Shown: positions 9,193-17,055 of the stretch, piece by piece
Numbering within the stretch: the first letter of the stretch is position 1
Layout of the letters: each line of letters opens with the position of its first letter
From: a virus
Taxonomy: Duplodnaviria > Caudoviricetes
Strand: one strand, 5' to 3'
IMG/VR virus record: IMGVR_UViG_3300046805_000140
Coordinates: 1 to 34,912 of that record
DNA: 34,912 bases
The notes under the pieces: model-generated
What the model saw: only the letters and a program-made list of their open reading frames with translations
Told to the model about the DNA's origin: nothing
The model's database searches: none
Position numbers and translations under genes: made by a program

Positions 9193-9847
9193 TATGCCTA
9201 CTCCAATCAAACCAGTTGTAATTGACAACATATTTTCAGAAGATGAGATAGAGTCTATCTATAATTCAGTCGCAAAAGTCTTTGCAAAGGGTCTTGCCGA
9301 TCATGATGATAAGTATTATTATATGACTAAGTTGACTAATAACGGCTTTGTTGCAATTTTAGATCCCTCGAATTTTAACTCAGAGATTAAAGACAAGTTT
9401 ACAGCAACTGCAGCAAAGGTTATTGATAACCCTAGAGGCGTAGGATTTTTATTTGCTAGATATACATTAGACTCTGGATCATTTCCTTCCCTTATGCCTC
9501 ATTGTGATAAGTCAGAGATGAAGATGGGCTTATACGGTACCGTCGAACTTAGAAAAACCTTAGATTGGGATTTCTATGTAGAAGATGAAAAATTTGATAT
9601 GGCTTTTAATCGATCAGTATGGTTTACAGGAACACACCAACCACATTGGAGACCAGATATTGAGTTTGGTCCAAATGACTATTACGATATTATAATTTGC
9701 CAAACAGTCTCATTGGATGACCAATATTTACTTACTGAAGAAGATAGAGATATCATGGATAGTAAGGCTGGAGAGACAGAGCAAAAGTATAAGCATCTTT
9801 TCCCTAAAGGACTTGCCAAACAATACGAAGTAGATGGCTGTCAGTAA
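9193..9847 (+). CDS. 2OG-Fe(II) oxygenase-like protein (paralog of 8448..9179)
   Basis: ARYTL.S...P.L.PHCD...HWRP...DYYDI shared with upstream gene; start at ATG 9193 after TATAAT. Confidence 0.75.
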
Positions 9848-10016
9848 ACTTATTCAAGACCCTAAGTGGTTGCAAGAACAATATGTCGATAATGAAAAAA
9901 CAATAGACCAATTGGCTCAGATGTGTAATGTAGATAGAAGTGTTGTTATCTATTATTTAAATGAGTTTCGTATATACCGCAAATATAATAAGGATGTTCA
10001 TCCTAAGCGTTGGTAG
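9834..10016 (+). CDS. Small helix-turn-helix protein
   Basis: WLQEQYV...KTIDQLAQMCNV....V.YYL..F.I. Confidence 0.7.
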   Translation: MAVSKLIQDPKWLQEQYVDNEKTIDQLAQMCNVDRSVVIYYLNEFRIYRKYNKDVHPKRW

Positions 10017-10179
10017 GTCTTCCTAAGTCTTCCCAGAAAATTTCTCTACCCATGCTATCTGTAATAGGCATAGGCTTTGACTCATATTCAGCACATACCG
10101 AATCTGAAAATAATTTTACTGACAAGTTTGGCTTTTCTTCATATTCTAGCCAGTTTTCAAAATTATCTAAAATTCCCAT
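10003..10179 (-). CDS. Hypothetical protein MGILDNFENWLEYEEKP...
   Basis: 58 aa; TGGTAAAAT 6 nt before ATG; preferred over antisense ORF 10010..10216. Confidence 0.65.
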   Translation of the reverse strand: MGILDNFENWLEYEEKPNLSVKLFSDSVCAEYESKPMPITDSMGREIFWEDLGRPTNA

Positions 10180-10291
10180 AGATCCATTTTACCATAAATC
10201 TGAATATTTTGTCTAGATGTATGATACACATAATGTAACAAAAAAAGTGAAATAAATAGTGTGCCCATAATAGACACACTACCTACCCCAT

Positions 10292-10492
10292 CTAATTAGA
10301 GACTAGTGACCCATGCTTTTTACCCTGTATCCACCCACTGTGAATTCCGATAAGTGGTGCGTCAATACATACTGCAGTTCCAATAGGTAATGTTGCACTA
10401 AATAATTCAATGAATTCTAATACATGTTCTTTTGTATCGAATTCCATTCCTCTAGTAGTGCCTGTTGTTGTTGTTAGTGTTACTTTTATCAT
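10292..10492 (-). CDS. Small protein, homolog of 12428..12625
   Basis: VTL.T..G.T......K..V..FI......LP.G..V.I.....GI-SG...G aligns; frame is open further to 10591. Confidence 0.7.
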   Translation of the reverse strand: MIKVTLTTTTGTTRGMEFDTKEHVLEFIELFSATLPIGTAVCIDAPLIGIHSGWIQGKKHGSLVSN

Positions 10493-10565
10493 TTGATCTT
10501 CTTTCTTGTAATGGTCTCTGTTGTAGTTACTTATTGTTCCCCCGCTAGCGAGGTGCGCCCTGCGC

Positions 10566-10703
10566 CTATCTAGTTCTGCTGACACATTCACACTGTGTTA
10601 CATTTATTGTGTCTGTACCTACTGACACATAGGCAATAGTCTCGCAATTATCGCAAATCCACATTCCTGCGATTGGACCTAATTCATCAAATATATTTCC
10701 CAT
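10566..10703 (-). CDS. Small Zn-ribbon-like protein (CDNC...CEC)
   Basis: 45 aa, starts 2 nt after stop of 10706..10894. Confidence 0.6.
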   Translation of the reverse strand: MGNIFDELGPIAGMWICDNCETIAYVSVGTDTINVTQCECVSRTR

Positions 10704-10705
10704 TG

Positions 10706-10894
10706 TTACTTACTCGCTTTCTGTAGTGCGACATAGCGCTTGACTATGACTTGAGCCTTCTCAAATCCGTATTTGTTATTTAGTATTTGGCATTGGCGTA
10801 GGCTCAATGCGTATGTAGTAGGGTTATTCTTACTTAGTATGCTAGAGCCATACTCTGCTACTAGTTCGTTAGTTATTTCGTTAGTGTAGTTCAT
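10706..10894 (-). CDS. Hypothetical protein
   Basis: 62 aa; AGAAAGG RBS. Confidence 0.7.
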   Translation of the reverse strand: MNYTNEITNELVAEYGSSILSKNNPTTYALSLRQCQILNNKYGFEKAQVIVKRYVALQKASK

Positions 10895-11049
10895 GATAGA
10901 CTACCTTTCTTTTTATTCGATAACCTTGTGTTATCTTTTCCTTGACCTAGGTTATTTGCTCTTATTTGCTACGCTCATACTATTTCTAGTCTTATTTGGT
11001 AGGCTCAGAGGCTCACTAGGATTTCTTATTCAATTTTTCTTATACTAGA

Positions 11050-11125
11050 AGTATAGCATAAAAATGTCAAAAAGTCAAGTTTAGACACGGACAATTCGGA
11101 CATTTCCTGTGTGATATGCGTCACA
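11050..11125 (-). promoter_or_regulatory. Strong promoter with upstream TGTGA-N6-TCACA box
   Basis: TTGACT-17-TATACT (11078..11050); perfect box 11110-11125. Confidence 0.75.
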
Positions 11126-11237
11126 TTCCAAGCGTGAAGCATAGGATAAGGGCTATCCCTACGCCTATGAAGGCTCCTATAGGGGCATAGTCTGCGTTCT
11201 CGTCTAGCCAATCAATCAATGCTGTAAATGGGTTCAT
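11121..11237 (-). CDS. Small membrane peptide MNPFTALIDWLDENADYAPIGAFIGVGIALILCFTLGM
   Basis: 38 aa; GAAAGG RBS; directly below promoter 11287-11315. Confidence 0.65.
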   Translation of the reverse strand: MNPFTALIDWLDENADYAPIGAFIGVGIALILCFTLGM

Positions 11238-11286
11238 GTTAGTAACCTTTCGTTTAGTAGTTATATTTTAACTATCTAATACTGCA

Positions 11287-11497
11287 AGTATAACATAGAT
11301 ACCCTGAAAAGTCAAGGCGACACGCCGTATATTTAATGTGATCTACACCACAGAAAAAAGCCGACTCGAGTTATCCACATGATGCACATCACACTACGAA
11401 TTTACGCTTAAGTTATCCACATGATGTACCTCACAGTGGCATTTGTCTATAATGTCCGTTTTGTACCCCCCTAAATGTCAGACCCCCCTGCTATACT
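11287..11497. promoter_or_regulatory. Divergent promoter hub with two DnaA boxes
   Basis: Leftward TTGACT-17-TATACT (11315..11287); CGACACGCCG 11318; TGTGA-N6-CCACA 11337; GCCGAC 11360; TTATCCACA 11371 and 11413; rightward TGTCAG-10-TATACT 11476-11497. Confidence 0.75.
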
Positions 11498-11547
11498 TAC
11501 AGTATAAAGAAAGTTGAGAAAGGTTCTCAAACTAGAAAGGAATTCAA

Positions 11548-11730
11548 ATGAATTCAAATGTAATAATCACAGTGTGTAAATCACACGTCCCTAATAAGTC
11601 TGCTATCTCAGACGTTAATGATGAGCAATTCACTTTTTGTGAAGTTTGCGAAAATAACATTGAACGTTGGTATAACGATACTGACCCTGAGCGTCTACCT
11701 ATGTGGACAGATTGGAAGGTTTCTAAATGA
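11548..11730 (+). CDS. Small Zn-binding protein (CxxH...CxxC)
   Basis: 60 aa; GAAAGGA RBS. Confidence 0.7.
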   Translation: MNSNVIITVCKSHVPNKSAISDVNDEQFTFCEVCENNIERWYNDTDPERLPMWTDWKVSK

Positions 11731-11897
11731 CAAATAGAATTTTTGAACCTTTTGCTACTGTAAGCAATTACCCTAAAGGCATGATGAACTTATGCCCTTG
11801 CGGTCAGGTTGTATTAGCCCCCGCCCTCTATCATGAGGGTCAGCCTTATTGGGAAAATCCTAATAAGTGTAAAGAATTATTCGAAGGAGTAAAATAA
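11727..11897 (+). CDS. Small hypothetical protein (CPCG)
   Basis: 56 aa; ATGA overlap. Confidence 0.65.
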   Translation: MTNRIFEPFATVSNYPKGMMNLCPCGQVVLAPALYHEGQPYWENPNKCKELFEGVK

Positions 11898-12040
11898 TGC
11901 CAGTATTTGAATTCACTACATTCATTGACATTGTTGCTAATAACTATGATGAAGCAATTAACGAATTTGATTTTAAATTAAAACACGGAAACATAGATAG
12001 AAGCACTGTCTATGTTGCAGACATTGAGGAGAAAGAATGA
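11897..12040 (+). CDS. Small acidic protein
   Basis: 47 aa; GGAG RBS; TAATG overlap. Confidence 0.65.
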   Translation: MPVFEFTTFIDIVANNYDEAINEFDFKLKHGNIDRSTVYVADIEEKE

Positions 12041-12126
12041 AAACACTTCAAGAAAAATTAGATTTAGTTTCTAAAGAATTAGAACCAATACTTTGGGAAT
12101 TACTAAATGAAATTGAAAACGAATAA
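12037..12126 (+). CDS. Small acidic helical peptide
   Basis: 29 aa; GAGGAG RBS; ATGA overlap. Confidence 0.6.
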   Translation: MKTLQEKLDLVSKELEPILWELLNEIENE

Positions 12127-12135
12127 ATAAAAACC

Positions 12136-12167
12136 AAGATCGCAGAAATAAAAAAACTGCGATTTTT
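12136..12167 (+). terminator. Intrinsic terminator
   Basis: ATCGCAG-loop-CTGCGAT followed by TTTT. Confidence 0.6.
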
Positions 12168-12170
12168 GGA

Positions 12171-12394
12171 GCCGACGCACTCGGGCGTGTCGCCCTTGTT
12201 AAGATGTGATGTAAATCACCTCCGACACGCCGTGTTTGGATTTGACTTTTGAGGTTTCTTCTGCTATACTTCTAGGTATAGAAAAAAAATAAATAAGGAC
12301 AGATAAGGCAATGAGCCTAGCAAATAAATGTGACGAGTATCACAGTGAGCCTAGCGAATAAATGCCCTAAAATGTCAGCCCCTAATGGTAAGAT
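12171..12394 (+). promoter_or_regulatory. Cassette regulatory block with two tandem promoters
   Basis: GCCGACGCACTCGGGCGTGTCG; TGTGA-N6-TCACC 12205; CGACACGCCG 12223; TTGACT-17-TATACT 12242-12270; TGTGA-N6-TCACA 12329; TGTCAG-10-TAAGAT 12373-12394. Confidence 0.75.
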
Positions 12395-12427
12395 AGTCTT
12401 ATCAACTAAACGAAAGGAAGTCAATAA

Positions 12428-12625
12428 ATGACTTACACTGTAACACTAGAAACCTTTTCAGGTTCTACAAAAAAAATCAACCTCGCCTCTAAGGGTGCAG
12501 TTGCTCAATTCATCTCAACCTACCCAACACAATTACCTGTTGGCGTATCTGTAAAAATCGCTTGCGATACTCTTGGAATTAGTGGCACACTTCGTGGCAC
12601 TTCAACACTTATCCCCTCAAACTAA
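12428..12625 (+). CDS. Small protein, homolog of 10292..10492
   Basis: 65 aa; GAAAGGA RBS; alignment by eye. Confidence 0.75.
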   Translation: MTYTVTLETFSGSTKKINLASKGAVAQFISTYPTQLPVGVSVKIACDTLGISGTLRGTSTLIPSN

Positions 12626-12642
12626 GAATAGGAAATAAATAA

Positions 12643-12849
12643 ATGACTAAAGTAGAACACTCTCTAAAGTTCGTAACAGAGTTCGATGAAACTCACCCAA
12701 TCGCTAAGCAAGCCTTGTCGATACCTCACTCAGATTTAGTGGCCATGCTTGAAGGAGTGCTAAAGGACCTTTTAGTTCCTGCAATTGCTTCAACACTTGA
12801 GGACATAAATGCTCGTGGCTCTTACGCAATTCTTAAGGTGGCAGAATAA
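12643..12849 (+). CDS. Hypothetical protein
   Basis: 68 aa in operon. Confidence 0.7.
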   Translation: MTKVEHSLKFVTEFDETHPIAKQALSIPHSDLVAMLEGVLKDLLVPAIASTLEDINARGSYAILKVAE

Positions 12850-13025
12850 TGATGACACGCAAGGACTACGTGGCCACTGCTGAAATTCTTTCATCTTTCA
12901 AAGATTTGATTGGTGATGAATTTACTTTCGCTGATTTGGTTGATGAGTTTGGTTCAATGTTTGAAGCAGACAATCCAAAGTTTGACTTTTCAAAATTCAG
13001 AGAGGCGTGTGAAAATAATGGATAA
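12849..13025 (+). CDS. Small phage protein MMTRKDY...F..DNPKFD..KF..AC
   Basis: 58 aa; TAATG overlap; motif seen in many phage early proteins. Confidence 0.7.
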   Translation: MMTRKDYVATAEILSSFKDLIGDEFTFADLVDEFGSMFEADNPKFDFSKFREACENNG

Positions 13026-13170
13026 ATACTATTTTGATTTTGGAACAGTAATTGCAGTAATGATTGCGCTTATTGGTTCTATGATAGTGATTAGTTATGC
13101 TATGGTAGATAATTTTTATTTACGCCGTGAACTAAACGAAGCGTATCAAGAATTAGAAAATAAAAACTAA
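13018..13170 (+). CDS. Small membrane protein
   Basis: Start reassigned to ATG 13018 (GAGG RBS); one TM helix plus coiled tail. Confidence 0.65.
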   Translation: MDKYYFDFGTVIAVMIALIGSMIVISYAMVDNFYLRRELNEAYQELENKN

Positions 13171-13176
13171 AAAGAA

Positions 13177-13202
13177 ATCCTGAACACGATCTAAAACTGT
13201 TC
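13177..13202 (+). ncRNA. Compact H-type pseudoknot element, copy 1
   Basis: ATC-CT-GAACA-C-GAT-CTAAAAC-TGTTC. Confidence 0.6.
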
Positions 13203-13214
13203 CCAATTTTTGGG

Positions 13215-13418
13215 GCCGACGCACTCGGGCGTGTCGTGCTTTACGTACGATGTGATTTTTCTCACACACTTTGAGCGTCTCACTATTTGGATTTACTCGC
13301 TAGTAAGTTGATAATTTATGACTAATAGGCTAGACTTACATAGTAAGAAAAAATAAATAAGAAAGTCTATTTATCTACGGCGTGTCTAACACAAAATGTC
13401 AGCCACCTATGGTAAGAT
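13215..13418 (+). promoter_or_regulatory. Cassette regulatory block with two tandem promoters
   Basis: 22-nt exact repeat of 12171-12192; perfect TGTGA-N6-TCACA 13251; TTGATA-17-TAGACT 13308-13336; CGGCGTGTC 13378; TGTCAG-10-TAAGAT 13397-13418. Confidence 0.75.
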
Positions 13419-13450
13419 AGAATTATCAACAAAAAGAAAGAGGTTGGCAA

Positions 13451-13657
13451 ATGTCAGCAAATGTCTATACAATAGAACACCTACTAGTAGGAACACAGTA
13501 TCGCTCCCGAACACTATCAGGAGAAATTATCTCAGCAGAAAAACACCCTAACGCAGTTTGGTATCAGGGTTGCGAAAGTTATCTAGTGGAAGTGCGCCCT
13601 AGTAATTTTGGAAAAGTCGTATGTCGCACAGTAGCAGTAAAGGTAGAAAATAACTAA
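13451..13657 (+). CDS. Small beta-rich (SH3-like?) protein
   Basis: 68 aa; GAAAGAGG RBS. Confidence 0.7.
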   Translation: MSANVYTIEHLLVGTQYRSRTLSGEIISAEKHPNAVWYQGCESYLVEVRPSNFGKVVCRTVAVKVENN

Positions 13658-13779
13658 TGGGATACATAGAGATTTTTAGAATTGACAATGAGGGTGCAGG
13701 TTGGATAGACTTGGACAATGCAACACCTAGCGAATTGCTAGATTTAGAAATTGGACTATTTCAGGAAGGCGCTATCTAA
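13657..13779 (+). CDS. Small acidic protein
   Basis: 40 aa; TAATG overlaps on both sides. Confidence 0.65.
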   Translation: MGYIEIFRIDNEGAGWIDLDNATPSELLDLEIGLFQEGAI

Positions 13780-13931
13780 TGGGAGTAATGAAAGAATTGC
13801 ACTTAGAAATAACTACTTGCGACCTATGCTATGGCACAGGTTGGCTACACTTTGGCACTAGCGAGGACTACGATACAGAGTCTTGCGATTGCAACCCACA
13901 CCAATTATTTATCACTAAGGAGAATGACTAA
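13779..13931 (+). CDS. Small Zn-finger protein (CDLCYGTG...CDC)
   Basis: 50 aa; TAATG overlaps. Confidence 0.65.
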   Translation: MGVMKELHLEITTCDLCYGTGWLHFGTSEDYDTESCDCNPHQLFITKEND

Positions 13932-14149
13932 TGAATGACTATCTATACGCAGTAACTTCAACGAATGACAGTAGCCCTAGCCCTGAATGGGTTGGGCGTT
14001 ATAGCGATGCACTATCTGCAGTTGGTGCGTTCATGGCGTGCAATGATTTTGGAGATGCAAAAGAATACCGCACAATAAACATGTCAGAGCCTAGTGGCAA
14101 GATGCACACTAAGGTATTTTATCGTAATGGAAATGTAGGAGGTAAGTAA
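13931..14149 (+). CDS. Hypothetical protein
   Basis: 72 aa; AAGGAG RBS. Confidence 0.7.
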   Translation: MNDYLYAVTSTNDSSPSPEWVGRYSDALSAVGAFMACNDFGDAKEYRTINMSEPSGKMHTKVFYRNGNVGGK

Positions 14150-14422
14150 ATGGGAAGTGTTACAGCAATTGGAATTCAAGATAGTGTGTTAGATTTAGAA
14201 ACACAATTAGCCTATCACTTACAGGGTAATCACTATCCTCCCGTACCACTATCCATGGTTCAGCCCTGCATAGATGCTATTGACGCATACTATGATGAGG
14301 ACTATGAGCGATTTATTGCTATGCCTGAAGGCGTATTCTATAAAGGAATGAGCCACGCACCTGCACGAGCAATTATAGACCAACACCATTTATCTTTTTG
14401 GCTTCCAGAGGAGGAATACTAA
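14150..14422 (+). CDS. Hypothetical phage protein (HL..NHYPPVP...HHL..W)
   Basis: 90 aa; AGGAGG RBS. Confidence 0.75.
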   Translation: MGSVTAIGIQDSVLDLETQLAYHLQGNHYPPVPLSMVQPCIDAIDAYYDEDYERFIAMPEGVFYKGMSHAPARAIIDQHHLSFWLPEEEY

Positions 14423-14665
14423 ATGTCTGATACAATGATTGCTATGGATTTATTACACGCAGACAATCTCAAGCCAGATCAATTGATGCTTGGTGATTTA
14501 ATAAAAATTGGCGATGACATCGTTGAAATTATTTTTATTGAAAGTGATTCTACTGGAGATAACTATGACATACAAACCGAAAATGAATTTGGTGAAAAAG
14601 AAGTAACACAGTATAGTTATACTGATGAGATTCCTCTTTATGTTTTTATTGAAGAGAACGAGTAA
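14423..14665 (+). CDS. Small acidic protein
   Basis: 80 aa; GAGGAGG RBS. Confidence 0.7.
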   Translation: MSDTMIAMDLLHADNLKPDQLMLGDLIKIGDDIVEIIFIESDSTGDNYDIQTENEFGEKEVTQYSYTDEIPLYVFIEENE

Positions 14666-14699
14666 AAGTATTTTTATGCACTTCCCCGCATAAAAATGC

Positions 14700-14778
14700 G
14701 CCGACTCCGACGGCGTGTCGCATGTGAGATTTATCACAATTACGTAGTTTGACATTTTTCCCCCTTGTATGCTAAGAT
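14700..14778 (+). promoter_or_regulatory. Cassette regulatory block
   Basis: GCCGAC 14700; CGGCGTGTCG 14711; perfect TGTGA-N6-TCACA 14723; TTGACA-18-TAAGAT 14749-14778. Confidence 0.75.
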
Positions 14779-14784
14779 TAGTTT

Positions 14785-14931
14785 ATGAAGATACAAAAAA
14801 GCCCTGAGGAATTACGTAGACTAATGGAGTTACGTCGCTCTAATGCTGCCTCTTTTGTGCCCTCTAAAAATAGATATAAAAGGATTAGACAAAGTACTAG
14901 AAAAATGCTAGACTTATCTAAAGAACAATAA
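14785..14931 (+). CDS. Small basic protein (ELRRSNAA motif)
   Basis: 48 aa; leaderless start 6 nt after -10. Confidence 0.65.
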   Translation: MKIQKSPEELRRLMELRRSNAASFVPSKNRYKRIRQSTRKMLDLSKEQ

Positions 14932-14944
14932 AGGAGACCCCCGA

Positions 14945-15121
14945 ATGACATATGAAAATGATGAAATGCTAGATGAATACTATGCAACTGTATGCCCCTC
15001 ATGCAAAGAAAATGCGGTAGACGCATATGAAGAAAAATGCACCCATTGCTTACTAGAAGAAATGTCCGTACACTATAACGAAGACATTGCTCTAGAAATG
15101 AGCCTTGGCCTTGACTACTAA
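14945..15121 (+). CDS. Small Zn-finger protein (CPSC...CTHC)
   Basis: 58 aa; AAGGAG RBS. Confidence 0.65.
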   Translation: MTYENDEMLDEYYATVCPSCKENAVDAYEEKCTHCLLEEMSVHYNEDIALEMSLGLDY

Positions 15122-15845
15122 TACACTTAAACTAAAAAGATCTAATGATAGAAAGGTGGCTAACCTTGTCACAAAAAATGGAAAACAAGCAGCAATCGCA
15201 AATACCTTTGGCCTACCTGCTGGAAAGGCTTTCTCGTGCCCTGGTGCCACTAGTGTATGTGAAAGCGTATGCTACGCAGGAAAACTCGAAAAACTCTTCA
15301 AGGGCGTAAAGGCTAACCTATTACACAATTGGGAGTTACTAAAAGACGCTGATCATGACACGATGAGCCTATTGCTTACTGATATGATAAATGATTTCAA
15401 GGCAGACTGTATCAAGAAAGACGCTCCCATGCTATTCCGTATCCACTGGGACGGAGATTTCTTTAATGATACTTATACACAAGCATGGAAAGATGTCATC
15501 CTTAACAATACTGATATTCAATTTTGGGTATACACACGTGTTAAGTCTGCAGCCCTTATGCTAAAGGATATAGATAACCTGTCTCTTTACTTTAGTACTG
15601 ATAGTGAGAATGTAAAAATTGGTGTTGATCTAAAAATAAAATCTGGTGTACGCCTTGCATACCTTGCTAAGAACTTTGCAATAGGACAAGCAGACATGAA
15701 AGAAATGATAGGCAAGCCTGGTGCTAAGTGTCCTGAAAATCTAAAAGCCATTCCACTTATCTCAACTAATGGTAGCGCTTGCGTTTCTTGCGGATTGTGT
15801 GTATACTCTAAAGCAGACATAGTTTTTTCTGCTACTAAGAAATGA
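15105..15845 (+). CDS. Gp88-like protein (radical-SAM-like Fe-S fold)
   Basis: F.LPAG...CPGAT..C...CYA.K, FRIHWDGDFF, FWVYTR, C-terminal CP...C..C.LC. Confidence 0.75.
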   Translation: MALTTNTLKLKRSNDRKVANLVTKNGKQAAIANTFGLPAGKAFSCPGATSVCESVCYAGKLEKLFKGVKANLLHNWELLKDADHDTMSLLLTDMINDFKADCIKKDAPMLFRIHWDGDFFNDTYTQAWKDVILNNTDIQFWVYTRVKSAALMLKDIDNLSLYFSTDSENVKIGVDLKIKSGVRLAYLAKNFAIGQADMKEMIGKPGAKCPENLKAIPLISTNGSACVSCGLCVYSKADIVFSATKK

Positions 15846-15937
15846 GATAATAAATAATGAAACTATTTATTGCAACGTGTATTCTTCTACTAATAATTTT
15901 TATTTATCAGTGACTTGATAGATCCCCGAAAATGCGG

Positions 15938-16049
15938 GTCGGCGGAAAATCTTTGATTTGTCAAGTTACGACACGCCTTTAAGATGTGATTAAGGACACA
16001 CCCCAAAACCTCCACAGGATTTGTATTTATGACATTTTTTTGCTATAAT
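15938..16049 (+). promoter_or_regulatory. Cassette regulatory block
   Basis: GTCGGC 15938; TTGTCAAGTTACGACACGCC; TGTGA-N6-ACACA 15985; TTGTAT-17-TATAAT 16021-16049. Confidence 0.7.
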
Positions 16050-16092
16050 TATTACATAAGGAAAAAACAACTACCCGAAAGGAAAGACCCCT

Positions 16093-16263
16093 ATGACACT
16101 ATCAGGATACACATACCAAATTGGTGACCTATTCACCACTAGCAAAACAGGCGTTACAGGTCGTATCGCAGGTTTCGAGCCAATGTCTAATAAGGTTACC
16201 AGAGTTAGCCTAGTTTTGTCAAATGGCTCACGCCGTTTGGCTATGGTAAAGACCTCTAAGTAA
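16093..16263 (+). CDS. Small SH3/KOW-like protein, paralog of 16371..16535
   Basis: 56 aa MTLSGYTYQIGDLFTTSKTGVTG...; GAAAGGA RBS. Confidence 0.75.
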   Translation: MTLSGYTYQIGDLFTTSKTGVTGRIAGFEPMSNKVTRVSLVLSNGSRRLAMVKTSK

Positions 16264-16370
16264 TCTCAAAATGTGAGAAATGTCAGGTTTCGATTTGACA
16301 TTTTTACAACCAAAATGTTACACTTAGGTGTAAGCAAATAACAACCCCTAACAGAAAAGGAAAAAACAAA

Positions 16371-16535
16371 ATGACAGTATCAGTAGCAACTTACAAGGTT
16401 GGCGACACTTTCACAACACAGAAGTCAAAGGTTACAGGAACGATTATGGAAATCAACCCTAACGCCAACGGAACAGTTCGTGTGAAGTTAGATGTAGAGG
16501 GAACAACTCGCTACACAACTTGGAAAGCACAGTAA
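16371..16535 (+). CDS. Small SH3/KOW-like protein, paralog of 16093..16263
   Basis: 54 aa MTVSVATYKVGDTFTTQKSKVTG...; own TTGACA-18-TACACT promoter (16295-16324). Confidence 0.75.
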   Translation: MTVSVATYKVGDTFTTQKSKVTGTIMEINPNANGTVRVKLDVEGTTRYTTWKAQ

Positions 16536-16561
16536 TCTAACAAGCCAGTTAGATAGTAACT

Positions 16562-16591
16562 TAGTCCTGAGCATGACTACTAAAACTGCTC
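16562..16591 (+). ncRNA. Compact H-type pseudoknot element, copy 2
   Basis: TAGTC-CT-GAGCA-T-GACTA-CTAAAAC-TGCTC. Confidence 0.7.
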
Positions 16592-16626
16592 AACACCCCC
16601 ACTAACAGAAAAGGAAACAGACCCAA

Positions 16627-17049
16627 ATGGCAAGAGGAAAAGCAATCTCAGTAAAGATACCTACACAACGAGTAATCGCAGGACTAGAAGCATCACTAGC
16701 AAAACTAGAAGCAGACTACGCATCACAGGAACAAAAGGAAGCACAGTATCAAGAACTATACAAGGCTTGGCAGAAAGAGTTAGCAGATTTCGCTATTACT
16801 AATTTCTCAAAGGCTGAGAACATCAGAACTAACTTCCGTCATTGGAACAAAAACCTAAACATTGACTTCGACATCACAGTAGTAGAAGGTCAATTCCCTG
16901 CTGAGCCTGTAAAGGATTTTGATACAATCCATCAGCACACCTATCGTGAGCAAAAAGAGGAAATGCAAAATGCAATTCGTATCCTCAAAATGACAGATGA
17001 GGAAGTTGTAAATACTTCCACATACAATGCGGTTGCTCGTTATCTCTAA
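16627..17049 (+). CDS. Hypothetical coiled-coil phage protein
   Basis: 140 aa; GAAAAGGA RBS. Confidence 0.8.
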   Translation: MARGKAISVKIPTQRVIAGLEASLAKLEADYASQEQKEAQYQELYKAWQKELADFAITNFSKAENIRTNFRHWNKNLNIDFDITVVEGQFPAEPVKDFDTIHQHTYREQKEEMQNAIRILKMTDEEVVNTSTYNAVARYL

Positions 17050-17055
17050 ATGAGG

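Noticed and set aside
10010-10216. Plus-strand 68-aa ORF from the track
   Set aside because: Antisense shadow of 10003..10179(-), which has a properly spaced extended -10 start.
11026-11211. 61-aa minus-strand ORF from the track
   Set aside because: It overlaps a promoter and CRP-type box. The alternative frame 11121..11237 has the RBS.
12171-14720. GCCGAC...GGCGTGTCG repeats as a CRISPR array or attC sites
   Set aside because: Copies are 1-1.5 kb apart with operons between them. There are no constant-length spacers, no cas or integrase gene in the window, and no RYYYAAC/GTTRRRY ends.
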